This document shows positions 17,456-26,297 of a DNA stretch of 64,000 nucleotides, one piece after another. The first letter of the stretch is position 1; every line of letters begins with the position of its first letter. A program made the translations under genes and the position numbers. Location of the stretch: positions 1 to 64,000 of IMG/VR virus record IMGVR_UViG_3300036790_000034; one strand, written 5' to 3'. The stretch is from a virus. The notes beneath the pieces are model-generated. The model was not told the DNA's origin. It worked only from the letters and a program-made list of their open reading frames with translations, and did not search any database.

Positions 17456-18124
17456 ATGCGATACAGCCTCCTGACGCCGACACTTTGTCGGTCAACACTC
17501 AAGCGGTTGTGCGATTCGATTGACGCCCAGACTTCACCGAGTTGGGAACACATAGTCATTGTTGACTGTGACCCGACTCCCGAACAGGGGGTCATTCTTG
17601 AATCAATCAAGCATCCCCAGCGTCGAATCGTGCGATGCTCGAAGCAACACAAAATGGATTACGGCAACACCGCCCGCCGCGAGGGGTTCGACATTGCTCA
17701 AGGGGATTACATACTCCAGATTGATGACGACGATTACTACGCGGACAACGAAGTCTTCACGACGCTCGAACGCGTCACGAAGCCGTGGGCTGCGTTCCCG
17801 GTTCTTGCACGCGGCATTCGATGCCACAACAAGCCGCCAGCCCTTCATCTGACTGGCTCCGCGATGTTCATGTATCGCCGCGACACGGGATTGAAGTTTC
17901 CTGATAACGCGGATTACTCTGCCGACGGCCAACTCGTCGAGGAGTTGAAGAAGCGATTTCCATACGAAACGTTGGACGACTGTCGGGAACTGGTTATCTA
18001 CCCGAAAGCGAATCACGGCAGGACACAGGCTGAAATTGATGCGTGGCGTCCGACCCTGAAGGCAATTAAGTACGCGGCTGACGGTTGCACCATTGATTGG
18101 CACGACCAACGCACACGCGGCTAA
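17456..18124 (+). CDS. glycosyltransferase family 2
   Basis: SLLTPTL..SIDAQT..WEHIVIVD, ARREG..AQGDYILQIDDDD. Confidence 0.9.
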   Translation: MRYSLLTPTLCRSTLKRLCDSIDAQTSPSWEHIVIVDCDPTPEQGVILESIKHPQRRIVRCSKQHKMDYGNTARREGFDIAQGDYILQIDDDDYYADNEVFTTLERVTKPWAAFPVLARGIRCHNKPPALHLTGSAMFMYRRDTGLKFPDNADYSADGQLVEELKKRFPYETLDDCRELVIYPKANHGRTQAEIDAWRPTLKAIKYAADGCTIDWHDQRTRG

Positions 18125-18136
18125 AAGGAAAAACAC

Positions 18137-18481
18137 ATGGCAGCAGTTCTTGAACCCGCTGGCTCCGGCGTAGCGGGCACGCAGACACAGGGCGTGACAA
18201 AGCAGTATCAGGCATCTGGCACGGGAAGTTCGGCCTCCACTCTGGAGACCATCACTCCGTACGACAGCGGCACTATCCTTGGCACCGTTCCTCCCGGCAA
18301 AGCTGGGCTGAAGCTGGTCGATGGCACAGTGCAGCGTGCATCGCAGTTGCTTGCAGACAGCACCCCCGGTGCGGTAGGCAACGCTCTCGTGCCGACGTTC
18401 TCAACATTGAATACGGACCCGACGCCGCCGTCTGGTTCACAGCCCGCCGACGGATTGTCACAGGCACCGAACCGCGAGTAA
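18137..18481 (+). CDS. hypothetical Ser/Thr/Gly-rich protein, possibly virion
   Basis: AAGGA RBS; low-complexity composition. Confidence 0.6.
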   Translation: MAAVLEPAGSGVAGTQTQGVTKQYQASGTGSSASTLETITPYDSGTILGTVPPGKAGLKLVDGTVQRASQLLADSTPGAVGNALVPTFSTLNTDPTPPSGSQPADGLSQAPNRE

Positions 18482-18494
18482 TAGGGAGGGAGCC

Positions 18495-18845
18495 ATGCGT
18501 TCCGATAAGACGTTACGACGCTGGTATCTCCTCATCAACAAGAAATTCTTCTACGGCGAGTTGCCCACGAATGTCATTATTCGATGGGCACTCCCCGGTG
18601 AAGAGAAAGACATCGCGTGTACGGAACGTTTGCTCGAAGGCAAATACTGCTACGAGGTTCTTCTCAATCGCGACAAGAACAAAACCAATTCGCAGAAGTT
18701 GAGTTCGCTCCTTCACGAGATGGTTCACATCGCTACCCACTACAAAGATAATCACGGTCCTCTCTTCAGTGATTGGCATGACAAACTCGTCGAGCGTGGG
18801 GCATTCAAGAAGGGAGCCTTGCTGGTAGGAATCAGCCTGTTCTGA
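18495..18845 (+). CDS. SprT-like zinc metalloprotease
   Basis: LINKKFF...LLHEMVHI...NHGPLF (HExxH plus HG). Confidence 0.8.
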   Translation: MRSDKTLRRWYLLINKKFFYGELPTNVIIRWALPGEEKDIACTERLLEGKYCYEVLLNRDKNKTNSQKLSSLLHEMVHIATHYKDNHGPLFSDWHDKLVERGAFKKGALLVGISLF

Positions 18846-18854
18846 GGAGGGCAG

Positions 18855-19133
18855 ATGCCGAGAAAATCGGAACATATCGTGTTCGCGATGAACACTGCCG
18901 CAGCAATTGCGAGAGATAAGAAATGTCCGCACGCCACACGCCTTCGTGCGTTAGACCGATTCTGCGTGTTGGCGAAACTGTACGACATCAAGATGCAGGA
19001 CAACGACCCGCGAAACGACGGTCGGAAGCCAGAAGAGTTGCCCGTCACGCCAGACTCAGCGGATGCGGAATTGGATAGGTTAGTCGCAGAGCGAGTCAAG
19101 AAGTACAAACCAGAGGGGAACAATGGGCGTTAA
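18855..19133 (+). CDS. hypothetical protein, possible terminase small subunit
   Basis: Small helical protein upstream of terL; GAGGAGG RBS; function is inference only. Confidence 0.45.
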   Translation: MPRKSEHIVFAMNTAAAIARDKKCPHATRLRALDRFCVLAKLYDIKMQDNDPRNDGRKPEELPVTPDSADAELDRLVAERVKKYKPEGNNGR

Positions 19134-19404
19134 CTATCCGACAGTGAAAGAGTCCGACATCGACGGCTTTGCCCGCGTGTGGGACCATCGCGGCCTCAAG
19201 CTGATTATGGACGCGACTTCAAAGCGATTCGCGGTTGATTTCGCGAACGTTGTACTTCGGTCGTATATCGACGACCTTCGGGCCAAGGCTGCTCTAGCTC
19301 TCAAGGCAAAGCAGGCAGCGACGACCCCGGCACCCGCCGAGGCGTTGCCCGCCCCGGTTCCTGCCCCGGAACCTGTCAAGTCCACCATCATCCTCACGGA
19401 CTAG
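19123..19404 (+). CDS. hypothetical protein with Pro/Ala-rich tail
   Basis: GAGGGG RBS; overlaps its neighbours. Confidence 0.6.
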   Translation: MGVNYPTVKESDIDGFARVWDHRGLKLIMDATSKRFAVDFANVVLRSYIDDLRAKAALALKAKQAATTPAPAEALPAPVPAPEPVKSTIILTD

Positions 19405-19820
19405 TGATGGAAAAGTCCTGTAGGTACTGTGGAGATTCTTACACTCCGACTCGGAGTCTGCGAGTTTACTGTTCGGAACAGTGTGGTAAGAACGCCCGCA
19501 ACAAGAAATGGCGTGATGCGAAGGATATGGGGGCATACTTTCGCGGATACCGATATGGTTTTATCCCCGGTGAATTTGAACGACGTATCAAAGACCAGAA
19601 TGGTCTGTGCTTGGCTTGTGGTCAACCTTTCGGGGACGAAACTCCCTGCGTAGACCATGACCATTCCTGCTGTGCCAAGGCCGCTCCAACGTGCGGTAAA
19701 TGTACCAGAGGGTTGCTTCACCAAACATGCAATAGGATTCTTGGTCAAGCGAAGGATGATTCTACTCTCCTAGCATCCTTGGTTTCTTATCTTCGGGAGG
19801 CACCGTGGAAGAAATCATAA
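19404..19820 (+). CDS. endonuclease VII-like homing endonuclease
   Basis: QNGLCLACG...CVDHDH...RGLLHQTCNRILG. Confidence 0.85.
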   Translation: MMEKSCRYCGDSYTPTRSLRVYCSEQCGKNARNKKWRDAKDMGAYFRGYRYGFIPGEFERRIKDQNGLCLACGQPFGDETPCVDHDHSCCAKAAPTCGKCTRGLLHQTCNRILGQAKDDSTLLASLVSYLREAPWKKS

Positions 19821-20299
19821 AAGGATTGTGGCTTGGCAGCGACGAAGATGTCCCCAAGGCGAAGGAGCGAGGGTGGGCACGTTTATGTGCCTGCAAAGAC
19901 GGGATTGATTCGCATCGTTCGATGCTTGAATACGAGACTCGCGGTGCTCCTGACGGAAAAGATTATTACTTCGCCCGCAAAGGCGATGTGCTGGCACTCA
20001 ATTTGATTGACAGCGAAGACCCTGAGATGATTCCTGATAAGGTCATCGACGCGGGCCTGAAGTTCATCAAGGAGATGCAGGACAAACACCGCATCCTTCT
20101 TGTTCACTGCAACGCGGGTCACTCGCGGTCTCCGATTATCACGCTGATGTATCTTCATGCAGTCGGAGAGTTACCGCAGAATTACATCACCGCGTCTAAG
20201 CGGTTCAAGTACCTGTACGATAAGTTCGACCCCGGCGTCGGCATGGAAAGTCACGCAAGGGAAAGATGGAAAGCGTTGCCACAATTTTTCAACAAATAG
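19805..20299 (+). CDS. dual-specificity/tyrosine protein phosphatase
   Basis: EIIKGLWLGS; catalytic CX5R loop VHCNAGHSRS. Confidence 0.9.
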   Translation: MEEIIKGLWLGSDEDVPKAKERGWARLCACKDGIDSHRSMLEYETRGAPDGKDYYFARKGDVLALNLIDSEDPEMIPDKVIDAGLKFIKEMQDKHRILLVHCNAGHSRSPIITLMYLHAVGELPQNYITASKRFKYLYDKFDPGVGMESHARERWKALPQFFNK

Positions 20300-20360
20300 A
20301 CGGCTTAATTACCCGTCTAGGGCGGTTGCTGATACCAGCCGCCCATTCTTGTATCAGGAG
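20297..20360 (+). ncRNA. TAATTAC hairpin plus RBS-pairing pseudoknot element
   Basis: TAGACGG-CTTAATTAC-CCGTCTA; GGGCGGTTG-CTGATAC-CAGCCGCCC; the loop pairs with GTATCAG(GAG). Confidence 0.7.
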
Positions 20361-20365
20361 AAAAC

Positions 20366-20728
20366 ATGAACAAAACAAAGTACGACAAACAGTATTACCT
20401 CGACCACAGAGAAGAGTTTCTTGCCCGGGCTTCAGTGTCTTATGCTTCGCCTGAAGGCAAGCGTCGAAATCTAGCCAATCGCCTTCGACGAGAGTTTGAT
20501 ATGACTCTCGAAGAATACGAAAGGAAAGATACAGAGCAAGCGGGGCTTTGTAAGATTTGTGGACACTCGCAGCATGGTGGTAAGCGGTTAGCCGTTGACC
20601 ATGACCACGATACGAAGGAAAATCGAGATTTACTTTGCGACCTCTGCAATCGTGCATTGGGGTTGTTCAAAGACAACCTTGATACACTTCGTAATGCTGT
20701 CGCGTATCTAGAAAAGTGGAAGAAATAA
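20366..20728 (+). CDS. endonuclease VII-like homing endonuclease
   Basis: QAGLCKICG...LAVDHDH..RDLLCDLCNRALG. Confidence 0.9.
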   Translation: MNKTKYDKQYYLDHREEFLARASVSYASPEGKRRNLANRLRREFDMTLEEYERKDTEQAGLCKICGHSQHGGKRLAVDHDHDTKENRDLLCDLCNRALGLFKDNLDTLRNAVAYLEKWKK

Positions 20729-20729
20729 C

Positions 20730-21407
20730 ATGGGCATTCTCGATAACCCGATTGTCAAAGGTCTTGTAGACAAGGCCAAAAATACAGCAGCCGCAGTTAA
20801 GACGGGCAATCAGGAAACTGAGGGTCTCGGCAATGAGCTCGCAGCCAAGAGCGACATGATTAAGGCTGCACGCGGTGAGACGAATGAACCCGCACCCAAG
20901 GCTCCAGTAAAACGTGAGCCTTCGACGTGGGAGAAAGTTCACCCCATGCCTTACGGCTCCCGCCCCGGCGAGAAACGTATCGACGTGACCGATGCTTTGA
21001 AGCCTCTCGGTTCGTACAAGAAAGGAACACCCTACGTCCCTAAGACTGGAGTCTACAAACTCCACGAGGGAGAGGCGGTCGTCCCAAAGGAAAAGAACAC
21101 CATGAATGCAGCAGACGCGATGGCGGGCATCACAGGCAAAGCCAAGCCGCCCAAAGAAATCAAAGAAATGGTGCATACGAAGACTCACAATAATAAGCAC
21201 ATTGTGACTCATCGACACCATCACCCGGAGCATCACCCTGATGAAACTCATGCTTTCGATAACATGAGTGACGTTCACTCTCATATGGAAGACCACGCGG
21301 GTGTTCCTAATGCGGGAGAGGCTGCTCCTACTGGTGCTGAGGCACCTTCGCCGTTGACCGCAGCCCCCTCTCCGGCCCCCACTCCAACCCCGACGCCGGG
21401 AATGTAA
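20730..21407 (+). CDS. hypothetical His-rich protein
   Basis: GTPYVPKTGVYKLHEGEAVVP motif; HRHHHPEHHP tract; Pro-rich tail. Confidence 0.7.
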   Translation: MGILDNPIVKGLVDKAKNTAAAVKTGNQETEGLGNELAAKSDMIKAARGETNEPAPKAPVKREPSTWEKVHPMPYGSRPGEKRIDVTDALKPLGSYKKGTPYVPKTGVYKLHEGEAVVPKEKNTMNAADAMAGITGKAKPPKEIKEMVHTKTHNNKHIVTHRHHHPEHHPDETHAFDNMSDVHSHMEDHAGVPNAGEAAPTGAEAPSPLTAAPSPAPTPTPTPGM

Positions 21408-21418
21408 AGGATAATTCA

Positions 21419-21631
21419 ATGGAACATTCACCCGAAGAAAAATCACATTTTTCCCGCTCTATGCATAAGCTGCATGGTGGGGCACTTCATCGGCATTTCG
21501 ATATACCGGAAGACCAGCCGATTCCGATGGAGAAGAAACAAGAAGCCGCAAACTCTGACAATCCGCACGTTGCCGCGATGGGACGTATGGCGGTAGCGAT
21601 GCACGGTTGGAAACATCCGGGTAAGAAATAA
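21419..21631 (+). CDS. small His-rich hypothetical protein
   Basis: HKLHGGALHRHFDIPEDQPIP; RBS present. Confidence 0.6.
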   Translation: MEHSPEEKSHFSRSMHKLHGGALHRHFDIPEDQPIPMEKKQEAANSDNPHVAAMGRMAVAMHGWKHPGKK

Positions 21632-21703
21632 CGAAATGTGAGGAGACCGTTCGTGTGGCATCGGCCATCTTGGAGTCTGCTTTATGATATTTGAGGGGGA
21701 GTA

Positions 21704-23698
21704 ATGACGCCCGAGACACTGGCTGAACTGGTACACAAGCACAAATCGGACAAGAACTACCAACACCGCGACATGTCGTGGGAGGAGTTCGACGCGAAGG
21801 CTGAAACGTCGTTCAAGCGAATGACGGCTGAACGCATCGCGAAAGTGCTCAAGGTGTGCTTCAAGTTCCAGTTGACTGATGAGAACCTCATCAAGCGGGC
21901 ACGCTTCATGGCCCAGACCAATTTGTTCTTTCTCTGCAAACTCCTTGAACTTTATAAGGACATGAGCGACCAAGAATATACTTGGATTGACGGCACGGTC
22001 CACAACACTCACGAAGAAATTTGCAACGAGTTCTTCGTTCGCAAAGACCCGACGTACAAGAACTTCAAAGAGTTCTCGTCCATCAAGAATTACATCGACA
22101 AGAAGGAACGTCTCCTGCTCGTCCCCCGTGGTGGATTCAAATCCACAATGAACATGGCGGACTGTGTGCAGTGGACAATCGCATTCCCCGAGATTACGAT
22201 TCTCGTGCTCTCCGGCGTGCTTTCCCTTGCGAATAAGTTCGTTGGCGAAATCAAAGGTCACTTCACGCTCGAAGAGGGCGGGGCTGACTACGCGGGTCTG
22301 TTCGTTGAAAAGAAGAATTATCGTCCACGCACTATGGACGACGGCACATCGTTCTTGTTCCAAGCATTGTTCGCGGAGCATTGCATTCCGCTGGATGACG
22401 GCAAGGCGAGTGAGTTTCAAACTCCCGCTGTCTCCAATCGACAGAAAGAGCCGACGGTATTTTCGGCGTCTATCGAACAGTCCTTGACAGGTTTCCACGT
22501 CTGCATCCTCAAACTGGATGACGTGGTCACCAACGAGAACTCGCTGACGGTCGAACGCTTGAAGGCAGTCAATAAGCAAGTCTCCATCAACCAAGCTATG
22601 TTGCACCCTTACGGGTTCTACGACAAGATTGGAACGTGGTACGACTCTGAAGACACCTACGGCCAAGACATCAAAGCCATCAAGATGTATGAGGAAGAGG
22701 GCGAAATAAGCCCGATGAAACTTTATCTGCGTCCGGCGTGGTGGCCCAACGAGGCTGCACGCAAAGCAGGTAAAATCGAAGAAGAGATGACGAAGGCCGA
22801 TTACGACTTGTGGTTCAACGTCGAGGGCCAACTCACCTACGAATTCCTCTATCACAAAAAGAAGACCGACCCGTACTTCGCAATCAAGTACTTGAATGAC
22901 CCGACACAGATGCACGTCATCAAGTTCCCTCGTGAGATGCTCATCCGTAAAACGGTGAACGCCGTCGAGGTTCCCGGCACCGGGATGATTGTGACTTGCG
23001 TGGACACCGCGTACTCGACTAAGTCGTGGGCGGATTACACGGTCATCATCACAGCACTTATTAGTCAGGGACGATTCTACATCATAGACATGTCGCGAGG
23101 CCGTTACGACGAGTACACTCTCCCGGCCATGATTGCGGCAACGGCTCTCAAGTGGAAACCCAAACGGGTTTGCATCGAAGAGACGGGAGCTATGAAGTAT
23201 ATTCAGCGTGAAGTCTATCGCGAGATGGATAAGCTGAAGTGTCGTGCCCCGATTGAGTTGGTTCCGCTCGGCCAAGGCTCGAAGAAGAACTCGAAGCAGA
23301 TGAAGGCCGGACCAGTCCTCCGATTCCTCGGAGATGACCGACTGAAGTTTGTCAACACCTGCCCCAGCCTCGAAGACTTGTACGATGAGTTGTCGAAGTT
23401 CGGCACGGCAGCAAGCACGCACGACGACATCGTTGATGCTCTGTCAATTCTCGTGAATACCTTTGCGAGTTACGCAGACATCGAAGCCAAGATACAGGCC
23501 GCTTCGCTAGAATACTCGCCGGACCCCAAAGGGAAGTCGTTCTATGACCAAGTCTACGGACTCGGGAAGTACGACAAATACAACGCACTCAACGCTGCGT
23601 TGGAATTCCCAGAACAGGCACCGGACACACTCGCGAAGCAAGCTGCGGAAGATGCCGTGTATGCGGCTCAAGACCCGCTCAACGATTTGTTCGGCTAG
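21704..23698 (+). CDS. terL: terminase large subunit
   Basis: LLVPRGGFKST Walker A; ILKLDDVV Walker B; IGTWY; RNase H-like VDTAYS...DYT...HDDIVDA. Confidence 0.9.
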   Translation: MTPETLAELVHKHKSDKNYQHRDMSWEEFDAKAETSFKRMTAERIAKVLKVCFKFQLTDENLIKRARFMAQTNLFFLCKLLELYKDMSDQEYTWIDGTVHNTHEEICNEFFVRKDPTYKNFKEFSSIKNYIDKKERLLLVPRGGFKSTMNMADCVQWTIAFPEITILVLSGVLSLANKFVGEIKGHFTLEEGGADYAGLFVEKKNYRPRTMDDGTSFLFQALFAEHCIPLDDGKASEFQTPAVSNRQKEPTVFSASIEQSLTGFHVCILKLDDVVTNENSLTVERLKAVNKQVSINQAMLHPYGFYDKIGTWYDSEDTYGQDIKAIKMYEEEGEISPMKLYLRPAWWPNEAARKAGKIEEEMTKADYDLWFNVEGQLTYEFLYHKKKTDPYFAIKYLNDPTQMHVIKFPREMLIRKTVNAVEVPGTGMIVTCVDTAYSTKSWADYTVIITALISQGRFYIIDMSRGRYDEYTLPAMIAATALKWKPKRVCIEETGAMKYIQREVYREMDKLKCRAPIELVPLGQGSKKNSKQMKAGPVLRFLGDDRLKFVNTCPSLEDLYDELSKFGTAASTHDDIVDALSILVNTFASYADIEAKIQAASLEYSPDPKGKSFYDQVYGLGKYDKYNALNAALEFPEQAPDTLAKQAAEDAVYAAQDPLNDLFG

Positions 23699-23711
23699 AG
23701 AGGATTGCTAG

Positions 23712-25844
23712 ATGGAAGCGACACAAGTTGCAGCACCACAGCCTGACGGCAATCCGAATGCGGTCCTGACAGGTCAAGACTTCAAGAATGACGGCACACT
23801 GAAGACAGTGAGTAATGAACTTGCTCTCGTCGTCCAGAGTGCCGCTCAAGCTAAGGCTTTTATTGCAAACCGCCAGTGGACACTACTCTGGCGAGACGCG
23901 GACCTCCTGTACCAATCTCCTCGGCCAATGACGGTCTACGAGAACACTTACGTTCTCGAACCGAACGTCCAGAGATTCACGGTTGCAAAGGTTGTCAACT
24001 CGGTTGTTCCGCAACTTTACAAGGGTCTGTTCTATGATGACCCACCGATGCTCATGCGGCCACGTCCCGGCACAAGTCAGGAAGTGGTTGATGCGAAGAC
24101 GGCACTGTTCTCCTTCATCATGGACAACTGCGAATTCAAAACGCAGACCAAGTGGGGACTCGAACAGATGGCCTTCCTCGGCACGGGCATCTTCAAGTGG
24201 GGCTACGATTGGAAGGACATCGTAACCTACAAGCGTAAGGCGACCGTACACGAAATTAACAGCGGTGAGCCGGGAGCGGAAGCGACCATTCGCATTCCGT
24301 CAGATGTTCCTCCCGACATCACTGAAGAAATCATGACCGTCCCGATGCCATTCTTCCAATGGCGTCCGATTGACAAAGTGCTCGTAGACCCGCAATTGTG
24401 GGTCAGCGACATCCGACGTGCAGCATGGGTAGTCGATGTCCAGTACATGGACTTCTACCAACTCAATGCTCTCCGTACGGCAATCGAAAATGCAATCAAG
24501 GACGGCGAGAACGGCGAAGCAATCAAGGGATGGTCGTTCCCCTCAGAGGCAGAGTTGAAAGCCCTGTGGGAGACTCCCGGCAACATTAAATCCCAGACGC
24601 TTGAATCTGAACAGGCGACGTACATCGAAGGCGTGGTTCATCACGCTGAGAAGATGAACATCAAAGCCTCTCCCGACCCTCTTCGCACAAAGCTGGAGAT
24701 TCTGGAGTATTGGGACAAGGAACGAAAAATCCTTGTGCTCAACCAGTCGAACGTCATTTGCTCGACGAAGAACGAGTTCAAACGGATTCCGTTCCTGTCT
24801 GCGAACTGGTGGAACCGTCCGCGTGCATTCTACGGCATGGGCCTTGGCCTCATTGTCGGACAGAATCAACGCGTTGACCAAGGCACCATCAACGCCATCC
24901 TCAAAATTTTGAGCTACGGCGTCAACCCGATTTACCTCCGTAACCGCGAGGACAATGCTCCGACCCAAACGATTCGTACGGGCCTCGGCAAGATTCTGAG
25001 CGTCACGGACACTGAGAAGTCGTACCGTCTGATGGAGACTCCGAAAGTCCCCGGCGACATCTGGGCTGCATTGAAAGAGAGTGAACAGGCAACTGAGTCA
25101 TCCTCTGGAGCAGACCAAACGCTCGTCCAAGGTTCTTCGGCTGGCCCACGCTCTGGCATGGGACGCTCCGCAGCGGGTGCGAACATTATGGCAGGGGCTT
25201 CGGCCACTCGTCTTGATGGTCCGCTCGACAACTTCATCGAACAAGTCTTCAAGCCGTTCCTTGGCGTCATCGACATGCTCGTCTTTAACGTCATGTCTGA
25301 TGCGGCCATCTTGCACATCCTCGGCAACGAGATGGGCACGGACTTCCTGAAGGGCTTTAGCATCCAGTCCTTCCACGACTCGCAGATTGAATACGAAGTA
25401 CTCGCTGGGTCCAGTCTCGCTGCAAAGCGGACGATGGCACAGTCGATGGTCATGCTCACGCAGATTCTCGACAACCCACAGATTCAGCAGTCACTCGCTG
25501 ACATCAACCAAGAGTACATCGACTTCAAGCCAATCATCAGCATGTGGCTCGAAGCGTCGGAATGGAAGAACAAGAACGACATCATCAAGAAGATGTCGCC
25601 CGCAATGATTCAGCAACGCCAGCAGAACTCGAAGGCGGCGTTGATGCAGCAACAGATTCAGGCGAAGCAACAGTCAGAGTCGCAGAAATTCCAACAGAAG
25701 CAACAGTTGGAAGACCAAGCCTCTGACAACCGAATCAAACGCGACATCACTCGCGAGGCCGCGAAAGAGTCCGGTATGAGTGAAGCGGTTGAGGGTGTGC
25801 CAAGTCCGAGTGGGTTGCAAGGGCAGCTTCCACAAGTTGCGTAA
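23712..25844 (+). CDS. portal protein
   Basis: 710 aa directly after terL; FYGMGLG, IPFLSANW and Gln-rich C-terminal coil typical of podovirus-type portals. Confidence 0.85.
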   Translation: MEATQVAAPQPDGNPNAVLTGQDFKNDGTLKTVSNELALVVQSAAQAKAFIANRQWTLLWRDADLLYQSPRPMTVYENTYVLEPNVQRFTVAKVVNSVVPQLYKGLFYDDPPMLMRPRPGTSQEVVDAKTALFSFIMDNCEFKTQTKWGLEQMAFLGTGIFKWGYDWKDIVTYKRKATVHEINSGEPGAEATIRIPSDVPPDITEEIMTVPMPFFQWRPIDKVLVDPQLWVSDIRRAAWVVDVQYMDFYQLNALRTAIENAIKDGENGEAIKGWSFPSEAELKALWETPGNIKSQTLESEQATYIEGVVHHAEKMNIKASPDPLRTKLEILEYWDKERKILVLNQSNVICSTKNEFKRIPFLSANWWNRPRAFYGMGLGLIVGQNQRVDQGTINAILKILSYGVNPIYLRNREDNAPTQTIRTGLGKILSVTDTEKSYRLMETPKVPGDIWAALKESEQATESSSGADQTLVQGSSAGPRSGMGRSAAGANIMAGASATRLDGPLDNFIEQVFKPFLGVIDMLVFNVMSDAAILHILGNEMGTDFLKGFSIQSFHDSQIEYEVLAGSSLAAKRTMAQSMVMLTQILDNPQIQQSLADINQEYIDFKPIISMWLEASEWKNKNDIIKKMSPAMIQQRQQNSKAALMQQQIQAKQQSESQKFQQKQQLEDQASDNRIKRDITREAAKESGMSEAVEGVPSPSGLQGQLPQVA

Positions 25845-25904
25845 CAATGATGTGAGGCAGGGATTGTCATTGGTCCCTGCCTCGTAGGGTTACTCGGGGG
25901 AGAT

Positions 25905-26276
25905 ATGCTGAAAATCACGGACGACATCAAAGGTCTCGACATGACCTTCGAGTTGACTGAGCGACAGGTTGCGATTCTCGCAGCCGCTTGTAAGCAAGAA
26001 TGGTTCGACATCATTCAGAAGATGATGGAGAACGAAGTCAAGATGCTCAACGTCAGACTCATCAACACTGAGACCGCGAACCCGAACGAGATTCTGGCAA
26101 ACCACGCGATGGCAAAGGGTGCCGGAATGTTCTATGTCGGATTCATCCAACGGCTGCAACACTTGCTGCAAGTGGAAGCGTACAACGCTCAAGCCATTGG
26201 GACGCCGGAGAACCCGGAGCAGCCGCCATACCAGCCGGAATTCGCCGGACAGGCGTTCGCAGATGAAGTTGGTTAA
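25905..26276 (+). CDS. small head-associated protein between portal and scaffold
   Basis: Position; EWFDIIQKM helix; GGGGGAG RBS. Confidence 0.6.
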   Translation: MLKITDDIKGLDMTFELTERQVAILAAACKQEWFDIIQKMMENEVKMLNVRLINTETANPNEILANHAMAKGAGMFYVGFIQRLQHLLQVEAYNAQAIGTPENPEQPPYQPEFAGQAFADEVG

Positions 26277-26297
26277 GAAAATTCGGAGGAGAATTTT

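Noticed and set aside
21443-23422. 659-aa minus-strand ORF (likewise 27411-28691, 47423-48412, 49205-50245 and plus-strand 4819-5748)
   Set aside because: Antisense shadows of well-supported genes caused by codon bias; no recognisable motifs
8252-23698. Introns or inteins in the polymerase, primase or terminase
   Set aside because: The ORFs are continuous and of normal size; the endonucleases are intergenic
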